Shown here one piece after another: positions 27,572 to 37,975 of a stretch of 64,000 nt of DNA (positions are counted from its first letter, which is position 1; each line of letters begins with the position of its first letter). A program made the translations under genes and the position numbers. This stretch comes from a virus. Its lineage: Duplodnaviria; Caudoviricetes. The stretch lies in IMG/VR virus record IMGVR_UViG_3300028888_000047, positions 224,001 to 288,000 of that record; one strand, 5' to 3'. The notes under the pieces were generated by a model. It ran no database searches and was not told the origin of the DNA. It worked only from the letters and a program-made list of their open reading frames with translations.

Positions 27572-27850
27572 TTAATAATAATATAACCAAAGAGCCTTTT
27601 TAAGCCATTCAACCTGTGACTCTTCCAAATTATTTTCATCTAAAGAATTATCTTGCCATATAATTCCTTGCGTACTATCAAGAGAATGTTCATCAAATCT
27701 ATGCGTATGGTCATCTATAATTGCAGATTCTTCCGCAAGATTTGTGTAATAATAATGGCCATTATAACCATAAACTGTTGGTTCATAGTCAACCATCATT
27801 TCCATTCCTCTTAATAAATCACTATCTCTTATTACTTTTTTCCTATCCAT
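27572..27850 (-). CDS. Hypothetical protein
   Basis: ORF; TATTTAT upstream. Confidence 0.65.
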   Translation of the reverse strand: MDRKKVIRDSDLLRGMEMMVDYEPTVYGYNGHYYYTNLAEESAIIDDHTHRFDEHSLDSTQGIIWQDNSLDENNLEESQVEWLKKALWLYYY

Positions 27851-27941
27851 TTCAAAATAATATTTTAAAATAAATATCTACACCATTTTGTTTTTACATT
27901 TTTTTTATGTATATTTACCGACAAATTTAAAATTATAATTT

Positions 27942-28958
27942 ATGATTTCAGAATTAGATAAAATTTACAACATATTAGCATCATTTCTTGGGGAAGCAAA
28001 AAATGGATTTGATGGAAAAAATATGCAATTACAATTCCCCTGTCCAAGATGTATTGAAAATAAAGGTAGTAAAGAAGTTCTAAAATACAATTTAGAATGT
28101 AACATCAGTTCCCAAGTATTTAAATGTTGGTCTTGCTGTGATGAAGGTGATAAAATGAGTGGTTCTATACTTAAACTCATTAAATTATATGGCAATGAAC
28201 AATTACTAAAGGATTATAAAGAAGCAATACATTCATTTAGAGAAAGCAAACTATATAAACTCAACTTTTCTGATGATGAATTTAACATAGACACAAAATC
28301 AATAGAGATTGATGATTTAAAACTACCAAGAACATTTAAGTTTTTGCAAAAAGACAAATATGTTCCAAAACCTGTTGCAGCATATTTAAATTCAAGAGGT
28401 ATAGATTGGGATGTGATAGAAAAACATAATATGGGGTATACCGAATTTATAAAAGATGATTTTATGCCGTCTTATAGGTTATACATACCATCATATGACA
28501 AATATGGAGATTTAAACTATTGGACAGGAAGAGATTACCTAGATAGAAAAAACGTAGTTAAATATTTTAATCCAAAAATTGAAAGAAAAAATATAATATT
28601 TAACGAAGAAAAGCTTCAATGGGATGCTGATATAACATTGGTAGAAGGGCCATTTGACCATATAGTAGTTCCAAATTCAGTTCCATTATTGGGAAAAGTT
28701 TTAAATAAGGAGTTTAAATTGTTTTGGGAAATAATTAAAAATGCCAACAGTAAGGTTAATATATGGCTTGATTCTGACGCATTTGATTCAATAAAAGAAA
28801 TTTATAAAGAATTAAATCACGGAGATTTATATAATAGAATTAGGATAATTGAAACAGATTTGGGAAAAGACCCAAGTGAAATATATGAAAAATATGGATA
28901 TAAGGGTATAATCCATTGCTTAAAATCAGCAAAAAAAATTGAGGAAGTACGTTTATAA
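27942..28958 (+). CDS. DNA primase
   Basis: Zn finger CPRC..CWSC, TOPRIM LVEGPFD, LDSDA, KDPSE. Confidence 0.9.
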   Translation: MISELDKIYNILASFLGEAKNGFDGKNMQLQFPCPRCIENKGSKEVLKYNLECNISSQVFKCWSCCDEGDKMSGSILKLIKLYGNEQLLKDYKEAIHSFRESKLYKLNFSDDEFNIDTKSIEIDDLKLPRTFKFLQKDKYVPKPVAAYLNSRGIDWDVIEKHNMGYTEFIKDDFMPSYRLYIPSYDKYGDLNYWTGRDYLDRKNVVKYFNPKIERKNIIFNEEKLQWDADITLVEGPFDHIVVPNSVPLLGKVLNKEFKLFWEIIKNANSKVNIWLDSDAFDSIKEIYKELNHGDLYNRIRIIETDLGKDPSEIYEKYGYKGIIHCLKSAKKIEEVRL

Positions 28959-29135
28959 TACTTCCTCAATTAAATATTTTTCAGCGTTGTCATCAATAAC
29001 TGCACCATTTTCGTCAATCAATTTGTATTTTCTTACATCTTCTTTATTAGATAAAAATACACTAGCATTGAATATATTATATCCATCTATAAATGACCAC
29101 TTATACTTTTCATTAGGCAATCTTAATATCCACAT
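28953..29135 (-). CDS. Hypothetical protein
   Basis: Small ORF after the amidase. Confidence 0.5.
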   Translation of the reverse strand: MWILRLPNEKYKWSFIDGYNIFNASVFLSNKEDVRKYKLIDENGAVIDDNAEKYLIEEVL

Positions 29136-29156
29136 ACTTCACTATGTTTTAAAAAG

Positions 29157-29813
29157 TTATTTCTTTTTTCGAAAATTTATATAATCAATTATTCCTTCAA
29201 TATGTAATCTAACAACGCCATGAACTCCTTCATCAGATGTTAAATATTGTAAGTCATCCTTATTATCATAAAAGAAATTTTCAGTCAATACAGCAGCGCA
29301 TTTTGCCTTTTTAATAATATAGAAATCAACCTCTTTGTCTCTATCACCATCAGACCAATCTTCTCTTATTTTTCTTCCCTTAAGATTTTCATCCGCTCTT
29401 TTATAAAGGAAATTAGCCAATGTGTCTGAAATAGTTTTACCCCTTGTTGTATATGCTTCCCAACCTTTAGCATCTTGCCAAGACGAACCATCGCCCTTTG
29501 CATTGGAATGAACTGAAACTAACAAAACGTTTGCTGCGCCTTCCTTGTTACAAATAGTATTGATTCTTCTTATTCTTTCAGCTAATGAAGCATCAGCTTC
29601 TTCTGGAACAACAAGTCTTGCGTCATATCCCATAGAGATAAGTTTATTAACAACTAAATGAGATATTACTCTATTATATTTCCATTCACGGAACCTACCA
29701 CCATTGGTGAACTCAGAACCAATTTTTATAGAACTATCAAGTTTGGGGCTGTATTTTCCGTTTTGCTCTGTATTACAACCGTGTCCGTTATCAATTAGTA
29801 TTATCATTTTCAA
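29157..29813 (-). CDS. N-acetylmuramoyl-L-alanine amidase (Amidase_3), endolysin candidate
   Basis: IDNGHG, REW, VSVHSNA, AVLTENFF. Confidence 0.92.
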   Translation of the reverse strand: MKMIILIDNGHGCNTEQNGKYSPKLDSSIKIGSEFTNGGRFREWKYNRVISHLVVNKLISMGYDARLVVPEEADASLAERIRRINTICNKEGAANVLLVSVHSNAKGDGSSWQDAKGWEAYTTRGKTISDTLANFLYKRADENLKGRKIREDWSDGDRDKEVDFYIIKKAKCAAVLTENFFYDNKDDLQYLTSDEGVHGVVRLHIEGIIDYINFRKKK

Positions 29814-29816
29814 GTC

Positions 29817-31019
29817 TTAATTATTGATTTCTTCTATTGTTACATTATCATTACTCAATTCTATATCTCCACAACCACACGCAGTACTATTTGTAACTGT
29901 TACTCTAATTTTAATTGAGTCACAAGTTTGTTCACAAGTATTACATGTAAAGGAAACATTTACATAAGTAGAACCGGTCGCAATACCGGTGATTGTAATA
30001 GTATCACTATTAATTGTTGAAGACGCTATAGAACCATCACTTGACCTAACACGTGTATCAGTAATACAAGAGCCCGACTCATTTATTGTTACTGTTCTGC
30101 TTTCACCAACAGGTATAGATATTTCAGCCCTATCTAACTTCAAAGTATTACAATCACATTCAATAGGAGGATTAGGGTTAGCTGCTTGCGTCACACTTAA
30201 TATTTTACTGGTGCAAGGCTGAGCATTAAAATATGGAGTAATTGTAATATCGTTAAGTTCTCCTGTTTGATTTGGTTTATAACTTATAAAGAATCTATTA
30301 CCATTTTTACCATAATTCATTAAATCCCCATCAACTACAAAATTATATGAATTTGCACATTCATTATCAAACGTGTAAACATAATGACTTGATGATTCAT
30401 TGTAAGGTATTGGAGTAAAAATAGATGGATTATAAACTTTTTCTATATAATCACAGCCACATGTTGCTCTTTTCCCTTCTTGCTTAACTATAAATTCTTT
30501 AGAACATTCTGTGCTTGTTCCTTGTATAATACCACGAACACGTAGTCTTACTTCTCTATCCTCCGGGTCTACATTTTCTTCAAAGGTAGCAACAGGGTTT
30601 CCGTTAGAATTTAGGCCAATATCATCTACCCAATCAGGTAACGTTCCACCTACAGGATTTTCACGCCTTTCAATGAGGCAGCTCGGCCAATTAACTGTTA
30701 ATAACTGAGTAGGTGTACTATAGCCTTTAGATGGTACTGTAACAATATTAGTACTTAGAGTTAAATAATCGCAACTACAGCCAACTGGCTTACATCTTGT
30801 TACCGAAACTGATTGAGTTTTTGATACTTCTGAACATACAAATGTTACTGTACCATTTAAATCCGTTTCTGTTGAAGTTGTCGCCTCATCTGCTGTTATT
30901 ATAATATTCATATTTCCTGAACCGCTATTTATTTCATGTTGCCTATCGTTTCTATTATAAACATGAATCCAATTTTTATTTTTACTAACGGTCCAATTTA
31001 AGTTTCTAACTTCTGCCAT
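29817..31019 (-). CDS. Cys-rich Ig/BACON-like virion surface protein
   Basis: Likely start MAEVRNLNW; repeated CxC-linked beta domains, VKQEG/VTQAA motifs. Confidence 0.65.
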   Translation of the reverse strand: MAEVRNLNWTVSKNKNWIHVYNRNDRQHEINSGSGNMNIIITADEATTSTETDLNGTVTFVCSEVSKTQSVSVTRCKPVGCSCDYLTLSTNIVTVPSKGYSTPTQLLTVNWPSCLIERRENPVGGTLPDWVDDIGLNSNGNPVATFEENVDPEDREVRLRVRGIIQGTSTECSKEFIVKQEGKRATCGCDYIEKVYNPSIFTPIPYNESSSHYVYTFDNECANSYNFVVDGDLMNYGKNGNRFFISYKPNQTGELNDITITPYFNAQPCTSKILSVTQAANPNPPIECDCNTLKLDRAEISIPVGESRTVTINESGSCITDTRVRSSDGSIASSTINSDTITITGIATGSTYVNVSFTCNTCEQTCDSIKIRVTVTNSTACGCGDIELSNDNVTIEEINN

Positions 31020-31098
31020 ATCTTTAAAAACAATTTTATTATAAATATTTCCGTGTTTTATATTTTTTTTGTATATTTGTAATAAAATAAAAAATATT

Positions 31099-31923
31099 AT
31101 GATTAAATGCATTATACACTTAGCTGATGTACATATTAGACCATTCGTCAGATTGGAAGAGTACACGGTTAAATTGAACGAATTAAACAAAAAAATAGAA
31201 GAAGAAATTAAAGGTTTAGAACATGATGAAGTTAGAATTGTAATATCTGGTGATATAGTTCATTCTAAAAATAGTATAAGTAATGAATTAATAGCCTTCG
31301 TATCATCTTGGATTAGACAATTGGAACAATTTGGAAAAGTAATTGTGATAAGTGGTAATCACGACCTAATGGTTGGGAATATGTCTCGTGTTGATACGTT
31401 AACAGCAATATTTACAGCAGCACAATTTAACAATTCATTTCACCTTGATGAAATGTTAGGGTATGATAGTGGGATTGTGCCTGATGAGAATGTATGTTGG
31501 GCATTATATTCAATATTTGCTGATTATAAAAAGCCTAATATAGAACAAGCAAAAAAAGATTTTACAAATAATACAATTATAGGTCTGTATCATGGGACAA
31601 TAGTTGGTGCAACACTAAATAATGGCACAATTATAGATAGTGGAGTTACTGGTGATGTTTTTGAAGGATGCGACTTTGTGGCAGCGGGAGATATACATAA
31701 AAGGCAAGAAATAAAAAGAGGAAATGTTAAAATTGTTTATCCTGGTTCATTAATTCAACAAACATTTGGCGAAACGATTACACAGCATGGATTTGTTGTG
31801 TGGAATTTGGAAGATAAAACTCATAAATTTGTTGACTTATCAAATGATTATGCCCTCTATGATTTCGAAATAAAATCAGTAGAGGACATAGAAAATGATA
31901 AAGAAACATTAATCAATTACTAA
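31099..31923 (+). CDS. sbcD: SbcD/Mre11/gp47-like nuclease
   Basis: HLADVH, SGDIVH, GNHD, GDIH, YPGSLIQ; TATATTTG promoter element at 31072. Confidence 0.9.
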   Translation: MIKCIIHLADVHIRPFVRLEEYTVKLNELNKKIEEEIKGLEHDEVRIVISGDIVHSKNSISNELIAFVSSWIRQLEQFGKVIVISGNHDLMVGNMSRVDTLTAIFTAAQFNNSFHLDEMLGYDSGIVPDENVCWALYSIFADYKKPNIEQAKKDFTNNTIIGLYHGTIVGATLNNGTIIDSGVTGDVFEGCDFVAAGDIHKRQEIKRGNVKIVYPGSLIQQTFGETITQHGFVVWNLEDKTHKFVDLSNDYALYDFEIKSVEDIENDKETLINY

Positions 31924-32410
31924 ATATAACATTTATTAAATCTTCTTTGCATAAAGATGGTATTATCCTTAAACTTCCCTTTCCGGTAGTCGGGGATACT
32001 ACCATCAAATTGTCACCATTAATAAAATATGAAACATTAGAGTCGCTATCTATTTCCCATCCGCCAAAGCAGAATATGTTTATAATAAACTCCTCATTTG
32101 GCTGTTTATATTTTAGGAATATGGTTTTTTTCCCATTACATATTTCGTAACTAGGGTTTGTTGAAACATAGCAATTGTTTGAATAATAAACATCTAATGT
32201 GTATTGCCTGCAATAGCCATCACCATATGAAAAATGAACCACACCTTCGGCGGTAATCTCATCAATAGGTATGTTAACATCTATTACACTTGAGCCACTT
32301 CCATTGTAAGAAGATAATGTGAAATTACCTTCCGCTTTACAAGACCAATACGTATTGGAGTCTATTTCTATTGTATATCCGCTAGTTGTTATTGCACTAA
32401 ATTGTTTCAT
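31913..32410 (-). CDS. BACON-like structural protein
   Basis: IDSNTYWS..LSSYNGSGS. Confidence 0.55.
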   Translation of the reverse strand: MKQFSAITTSGYTIEIDSNTYWSCKAEGNFTLSSYNGSGSSVIDVNIPIDEITAEGVVHFSYGDGYCRQYTLDVYYSNNCYVSTNPSYEICNGKKTIFLKYKQPNEEFIINIFCFGGWEIDSDSNVSYFINGDNLMVVSPTTGKGSLRIIPSLCKEDLINVIFSN

Positions 32411-32416
32411 AATTAT

Positions 32417-33382
32417 TTAGGTAATTATAAATTCTATTTCTTCTACGCCACCTTTTTCAGCGTCATGATATTCGGTTTCTGTTAAAATTAGTTTAACTGT
32501 TGTCGGTTTTTCTTGTAACTTAAAAGAAACACCATTTAAATCTTTGCTTATAATTTCTGCCCCAATTAAAGTAGAATCAAATGTACTATATACGTATAAT
32601 GTTTTTATTTTATTACCACATTTTGATTTTTCAAACCAATTTGTGCAACTTACATAAGAAAGTTTTATATAATATACGTCTTCTCCAATAGTACTTGATG
32701 ATGCTGTAAATGAACAGCTGCCTCCAGAACATGATAAGTTGTTAGAACTTGGTGTTAATGTACACGATTTTGAGGATGATGATACTTTTGTAACTTCCAA
32801 ATCTTCAATATGGTCAAATTGAGTTTCTGTATAACTTGTTATTTCTTGAACTGAAGTTACAGTCAATACTCCATTTTTTCCTTCTGAAGAATCAAAGGTA
32901 GCGTCTAAATAATTGCCTTTTACAATAATTGTATAAGTGTTATTGGCTTGAAACTTTGTATTTACTTTAGGCTCTACCATTTTATAATCACTTTCTTTCA
33001 AAGGTATTATTCCCACTTCAGCACCATTTTCATCGTATTTTTTCAAATATACATTTAATGATTGAATAAGTTTATCATAAGAAATATCACATTCTGACAT
33101 TTGCACATCGTCAACCCAAAGTTCATATGTATATTTTGTTTTATCTTGTTTTAAACAAACAACGTCATACAAATCAGTTCCCTTTTGCCTAAAAATGGCG
33201 TGGCCGTTTCTAGGTGAAAAATATATATTTTCATCTGCTATTATTTTTATATATTGTCTATTATCATCCAATGTTTCACAAGATTTTCCATCTTGAGAAA
33301 CGGTTACCCCGGGCTGATTTTTGTCAAAATAAGCCCAAGGAGCATCATATATTATAGCGTTCCAACCTAGTCTTTCTTCCAT
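32417..33382 (-). CDS. BACON-like structural protein
   Basis: ADENIYFSPRNGHAIFRQ..CLKQD. Confidence 0.55.
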   Translation of the reverse strand: MEERLGWNAIIYDAPWAYFDKNQPGVTVSQDGKSCETLDDNRQYIKIIADENIYFSPRNGHAIFRQKGTDLYDVVCLKQDKTKYTYELWVDDVQMSECDISYDKLIQSLNVYLKKYDENGAEVGIIPLKESDYKMVEPKVNTKFQANNTYTIIVKGNYLDATFDSSEGKNGVLTVTSVQEITSYTETQFDHIEDLEVTKVSSSSKSCTLTPSSNNLSCSGGSCSFTASSSTIGEDVYYIKLSYVSCTNWFEKSKCGNKIKTLYVYSTFDSTLIGAEIISKDLNGVSFKLQEKPTTVKLILTETEYHDAEKGGVEEIEFIIT

Positions 33383-33395
33383 TTTTTAATATTGT

Positions 33396-36300
33396 TTAGC
33401 AAATACCAGTTTCAGTAGTTCCCCATTGTTCTGGATTTTTAGTTGTATATTTTACACTACAAATAATATTAGATGGTATTACTTGAGTTAAATAAGGTAA
33501 TATTATAGAGTCTATATATTTTGTTTCTTCAAGCCACTCTTTTGAATACTCTTGTTTGTTTTTTATGAAAAATTCTATTTCAACTCTTTTAGTGTTAACT
33601 ATCTGATATGTACTACTGTCATCAATAGTACTACCATCATTTTCATATTTAAGATTATTTATGACAACTTTATTACCAAGTGAATCGTCTATGATGGCTT
33701 TTCTTACTATATTTCCATAAATTTGGTCATATTTTTCGAAACATGATAACTTTGTTCTATCGTATCCAAGTTTTAAAACATCTCCAAAATAATGGCATTT
33801 ATTATCTTCTTTTAAATATTCATCATAATTTGTTTTGCAAACATCATTATCTATAATATTATCAAAAGCAAATTCCCTAGCATCATCCAAATATTTTAAA
33901 TCATCATCTGTATATTTTCTATAGTCTATTAAATCATTGTCTATGACGTGCTTAAAAGGCTTTTGCAAATATGTTAAATATTCATGCCCATTATCATACT
34001 TCATATTACCCATATGTGGATTATTACCCTCACTATTATCAACAATACTATTTAATATGTAATATTCAAACTCATCATCTTTTATTTGTTGCCAACCCAA
34101 AGAACTAAGTTCATTATTGAAGTCTGTGTTATTTAATCTAAAATAATTAGTGTAGTTGCCGCCTTTCATATATTTTCCGTTTTCAAAAACGGTAAATGTA
34201 CTAATAGATGAATTTGTAGAATATGCGTCAATATAGTATTCTCCATTAGAATCCTTCAGCACATACACTTTAATTTCAGTATTGTAATAATAATTTTCTG
34301 TAAGGTTAATCCTTTGTTTTTTATTGTCAAAATATGGATTACTTATAACAACATAATCATCAAATACTGCGTTTCCGATTGTTAAATAACCGTCGTTTGT
34401 GGTTACATATATGAATGTATCTCCTTCTTCATCATTATCAGTTAACTCATTAAACAATGGGTATAAAATACCATCTATAACAGCATATCTACCCGATAAA
34501 TCGGTAACCTGACAAATAATGCCATTTTGTGTTGCCAAAGATGTATCTGATAATAATTCTTGTAAAGAGCCAACAGACTTTATGTTTTTGATTGTTTCCG
34601 TAAACAATGGCATATTGTCATATGAATCAGACTCCATTAATATGTTGTTATTAGAATCAAACATAAATGGTTTTTTTTGCAGCCACCCACCATTCATTTG
34701 ATAATAAGGGTTTCCATCATATTTATCATACGAATTAAAGCAAGGATATAAATATCTTATATCATTTCCATTAAGTGTTTTTGTAACTGATGTAACAGGC
34801 AAGCCTTGATAAGGCTCATATTCGCCAAAAGAATTGTATGAAATTAATTTAGTAGAATTCACCCAATCTAATTTGTACATATTCTTAGATGGTAGCCATT
34901 CATCAATTTTACCGGATGTAAATAAAGTATATTCCTTTACTTCATAGTCATATAAATCACACAAATTGTTTTTATAGTTGTTATAATACTTTTCTCCTTC
35001 TTTGGTTAATGACAAACAATCTCCTTGTGTTAAATCTTTTTGGTTTGTAAAATATTTTTCATTGGTGTAAATATTATTTTTACTTTTTAAACCAAATAAC
35101 GATAATAACATTTCTATACCTTCAACGGTTCCTTTATGCCTAAATATGCTTGGTGAATTTAATGAAAGTATTTTTAAAAACTCGTTATTAACATCAGCAA
35201 ACGTATATTCATGTTCATCACTATATATTTTTATTAATTCACCAAAATCATTATGATAACCATTAGCAACATATTCACCTTGACCATCTGCTATTGCAGT
35301 TACATCTACTTCTTTATCATCATTACATGAATATACAGTATTAGTATCTACACTAAACTCAGTTATACCACCAGTTTCGTCAGGGTTACACTTGCTATAG
35401 TTAGTTTGTTTTATTGTTGTTATATTTGAGTTTGAATAAGGAAAAACGCTATCGCTCATTTGAGAAAAAGTTCTAACTATTTCCATTTTATTTCTTGATG
35501 CTGTTTCATCAGAATCATAGAAATAGTTTAACTTTTCTGCTTCTTCTGTGCTAATTTCATGACCTTCTTCATCATATTTTTTACGAAAATACCCATCAAT
35601 ATCAATTGATACGCTTTCAAATCCTTTTATATATTCATTTAACTCAAACGGCTGTATTAAAGAAATATCCCAACCTTGTTCTTCTAATTTATCCGTTAAA
35701 AAATAATCAGGTAAATTATTAACATTGTCGTAACTTATAACGTTTAAATCATCTATTGCTTCTATATAGGTTTTAACCTCATCAAATTCTCTGCCAAACA
35801 ACCTTATGGCTTTTTGAAATTTTGTTCCTGCCTCTAAATAAGGCTCTTCTTCTCCTGGTGTATAATGCCTTGTATATGTCCAATCAAAATTTTTAATAGC
35901 CTCGTGAGTCATAGAACGCCACAAGTTATCTGTGAATTTTTCATCATAAAATTCTCCAACTTCTGACAATTCTTTTATGTAATCATTAAACAATTGATTA
36001 TTAGACCCTATATTATAACCGCCATATGTAGTTGGAAAAGTAAATTGCCTAATGTATGTGTATAAGCCATAATCATTAGAATTAACTAATTCAAATGTGG
36101 CTGTATATATAGGATTAGTACCCCTGTTAAGTAAAACTTTTTCAAAGGGTTCTAAATTTTCAAAATAAGCATCAATTATTTCTTCTTTTGGGCGAATTCT
36201 AATAGTAAAATTATTATAATTGTCTTCAACAAAATATTTTATTTCGTTGTTATTACCCATGAATAGATAAATGTCAAGTTTACGCTCCAACTCGTCTTTT

Positions 36301-37970
36301 AATTTTGAGTCAATATTCGTATCATTTCCATTGTATTCTCCACGACTATTTTTGTCAGATTCAAAAACTAATTGTCTTGCGTCATCACAACAAATGCCGG
36401 TAGGATTTCCTTCAGCATCCCTCAATAAACCCGGTTCAGTTTTAAAATATGGTTCTTTTTTATGAAAAGATAAAGAAACCTTTCCAATATATTTTCCCGG
36501 TTCCGCACAACTTATAAAGCACTCTAATGACTCATCAAAACGTTGTGTTGCTTCTAAATAAACTGAAATTTCAGAATCGCAAGAAGATGAGTTTTTGGTG
36601 GCTTTAACGCTACCACTCATTCCATCTGTACTATCACAACATTCTAATGTATTATTAAACGAAACAAGGAAGTTAGAATCTTCACGTTCATCTCTATCCA
36701 CATTTACATTAAATTTTGTTTCGACTGGTACACTATCTGTTCCGCCTAGTCCATCAAATTTAATTTCATCTATTACAACTGAAAATTCGTGCTCTTTATC
36801 TATTTTCCATTCTGAATCAATATCATGCTTTATGTAAGCAACGTAGTTATCTACGCCTCCATTAGCAAAGAATTTCAATGGGTCTGCGCCATCTTCAACA
36901 AATTTATTATGTATATTAATTCCAAATGGATTATCTATCAACGCAAAAGATTTTGCTGATATTATATTACCATGTTTGTCTGTTATATATTTAAACTCTC
37001 TTGTATATGGTATACCCTTTTCTAATTCTTCTAACTCTTGGTTGGTCAATGGGTCAAGTAATGCTATGGTATTAGCAGTAATAGCACCTTCTCCAGCAAC
37101 AGCTACAACACTAACTTCAGTTTCTAATCCACATTGTTCTGGTTCTTTTTTTATAACGTTGAAAGTACTATTTTCACAACTTGATGCAACAGAATGCGTC
37201 TTTTCATTTTCAAATGAAGTGTAATACCCTTTAATGCCTGAATTAATAACCACATATCCATTTTCACCGAACACAGCTTTAGCTGCGTCTTCTGTATATT
37301 GCACGCTTTCTACATTTTCGAATGTTTGTTCTGCTTCCAAATATGCATCAATTGTATTATAGCACGAAGACTCGCTTTTTGTCGCCTCTATTGTGCCATT
37401 CATTCCATTTGTCTCATCATAGCAATCACTGGTGTCTATAAAACTCGCTTCAAATATTTTTTCTTCCCCTTTACTTTCGCCTTCTATTGTTACATTAAAA
37501 TCTGAGCTTATAATAGTGCCGTTTTTACTCACATACAATTTTTCATATGGAACAAATAGTTCTCCTGGGAATGTTTTAATAATGTTATTAATGCATACCC
37601 TAATCAATTCAGCGCATGAGCCATAATAAGCAAAATCACGAAGGTCTTTATAGTCTTTTTTAACTATGATTTTTTCATCATGGGATGATTTTTCATCCTT
37701 TTCGTAATTTTCAAGAACGTTTAAATCCCATATTTCTCCATCAATATTTTTATACCATTTGTTTTCAGATGTTTTATTATGACTACTATTATCATCATTT
37801 ACAGTCATAACAAAATTACCACTTCTGTAAATAGGAACTTGACCCCTGGCGAATTGGTCTCTTCCGCCAATGGTAGTAATATCCCTTTCAAAAATAGCAC
37901 CATCAGTTGTGTTCTGATGCTTTGATTTTAAAACATAGTTACTATGTGATTTAATGTACTTGTTGGCCAT
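33396..37970 (-). CDS. Large baseplate wedge/tail protein
   Basis: IFRHKGTVEGIEMLLSLFG (gp7/P2-I-like motif); in baseplate operon. Confidence 0.7.
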   Translation of the reverse strand: MANKYIKSHSNYVLKSKHQNTTDGAIFERDITTIGGRDQFARGQVPIYRSGNFVMTVNDDNSSHNKTSENKWYKNIDGEIWDLNVLENYEKDEKSSHDEKIIVKKDYKDLRDFAYYGSCAELIRVCINNIIKTFPGELFVPYEKLYVSKNGTIISSDFNVTIEGESKGEEKIFEASFIDTSDCYDETNGMNGTIEATKSESSCYNTIDAYLEAEQTFENVESVQYTEDAAKAVFGENGYVVINSGIKGYYTSFENEKTHSVASSCENSTFNVIKKEPEQCGLETEVSVVAVAGEGAITANTIALLDPLTNQELEELEKGIPYTREFKYITDKHGNIISAKSFALIDNPFGINIHNKFVEDGADPLKFFANGGVDNYVAYIKHDIDSEWKIDKEHEFSVVIDEIKFDGLGGTDSVPVETKFNVNVDRDEREDSNFLVSFNNTLECCDSTDGMSGSVKATKNSSSCDSEISVYLEATQRFDESLECFISCAEPGKYIGKVSLSFHKKEPYFKTEPGLLRDAEGNPTGICCDDARQLVFESDKNSRGEYNGNDTNIDSKLKDELERKLDIYLFMGNNNEIKYFVEDNYNNFTIRIRPKEEIIDAYFENLEPFEKVLLNRGTNPIYTATFELVNSNDYGLYTYIRQFTFPTTYGGYNIGSNNQLFNDYIKELSEVGEFYDEKFTDNLWRSMTHEAIKNFDWTYTRHYTPGEEEPYLEAGTKFQKAIRLFGREFDEVKTYIEAIDDLNVISYDNVNNLPDYFLTDKLEEQGWDISLIQPFELNEYIKGFESVSIDIDGYFRKKYDEEGHEISTEEAEKLNYFYDSDETASRNKMEIVRTFSQMSDSVFPYSNSNITTIKQTNYSKCNPDETGGITEFSVDTNTVYSCNDDKEVDVTAIADGQGEYVANGYHNDFGELIKIYSDEHEYTFADVNNEFLKILSLNSPSIFRHKGTVEGIEMLLSLFGLKSKNNIYTNEKYFTNQKDLTQGDCLSLTKEGEKYYNNYKNNLCDLYDYEVKEYTLFTSGKIDEWLPSKNMYKLDWVNSTKLISYNSFGEYEPYQGLPVTSVTKTLNGNDIRYLYPCFNSYDKYDGNPYYQMNGGWLQKKPFMFDSNNNILMESDSYDNMPLFTETIKNIKSVGSLQELLSDTSLATQNGIICQVTDLSGRYAVIDGILYPLFNELTDNDEEGDTFIYVTTNDGYLTIGNAVFDDYVVISNPYFDNKKQRINLTENYYYNTEIKVYVLKDSNGEYYIDAYSTNSSISTFTVFENGKYMKGGNYTNYFRLNNTDFNNELSSLGWQQIKDDEFEYYILNSIVDNSEGNNPHMGNMKYDNGHEYLTYLQKPFKHVIDNDLIDYRKYTDDDLKYLDDAREFAFDNIIDNDVCKTNYDEYLKEDNKCHYFGDVLKLGYDRTKLSCFEKYDQIYGNIVRKAIIDDSLGNKVVINNLKYENDGSTIDDSSTYQIVNTKRVEIEFFIKNKQEYSKEWLEETKYIDSIILPYLTQVIPSNIICSVKYTTKNPEQWGTTETGIC

Positions 37971-37975
37971 GTCAA

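Noticed and set aside
31020-31190. N-terminal extension of ORF 29817..31190
   Set aside because: Overlaps divergent promoters and sbcD; the start is more likely at 31019.
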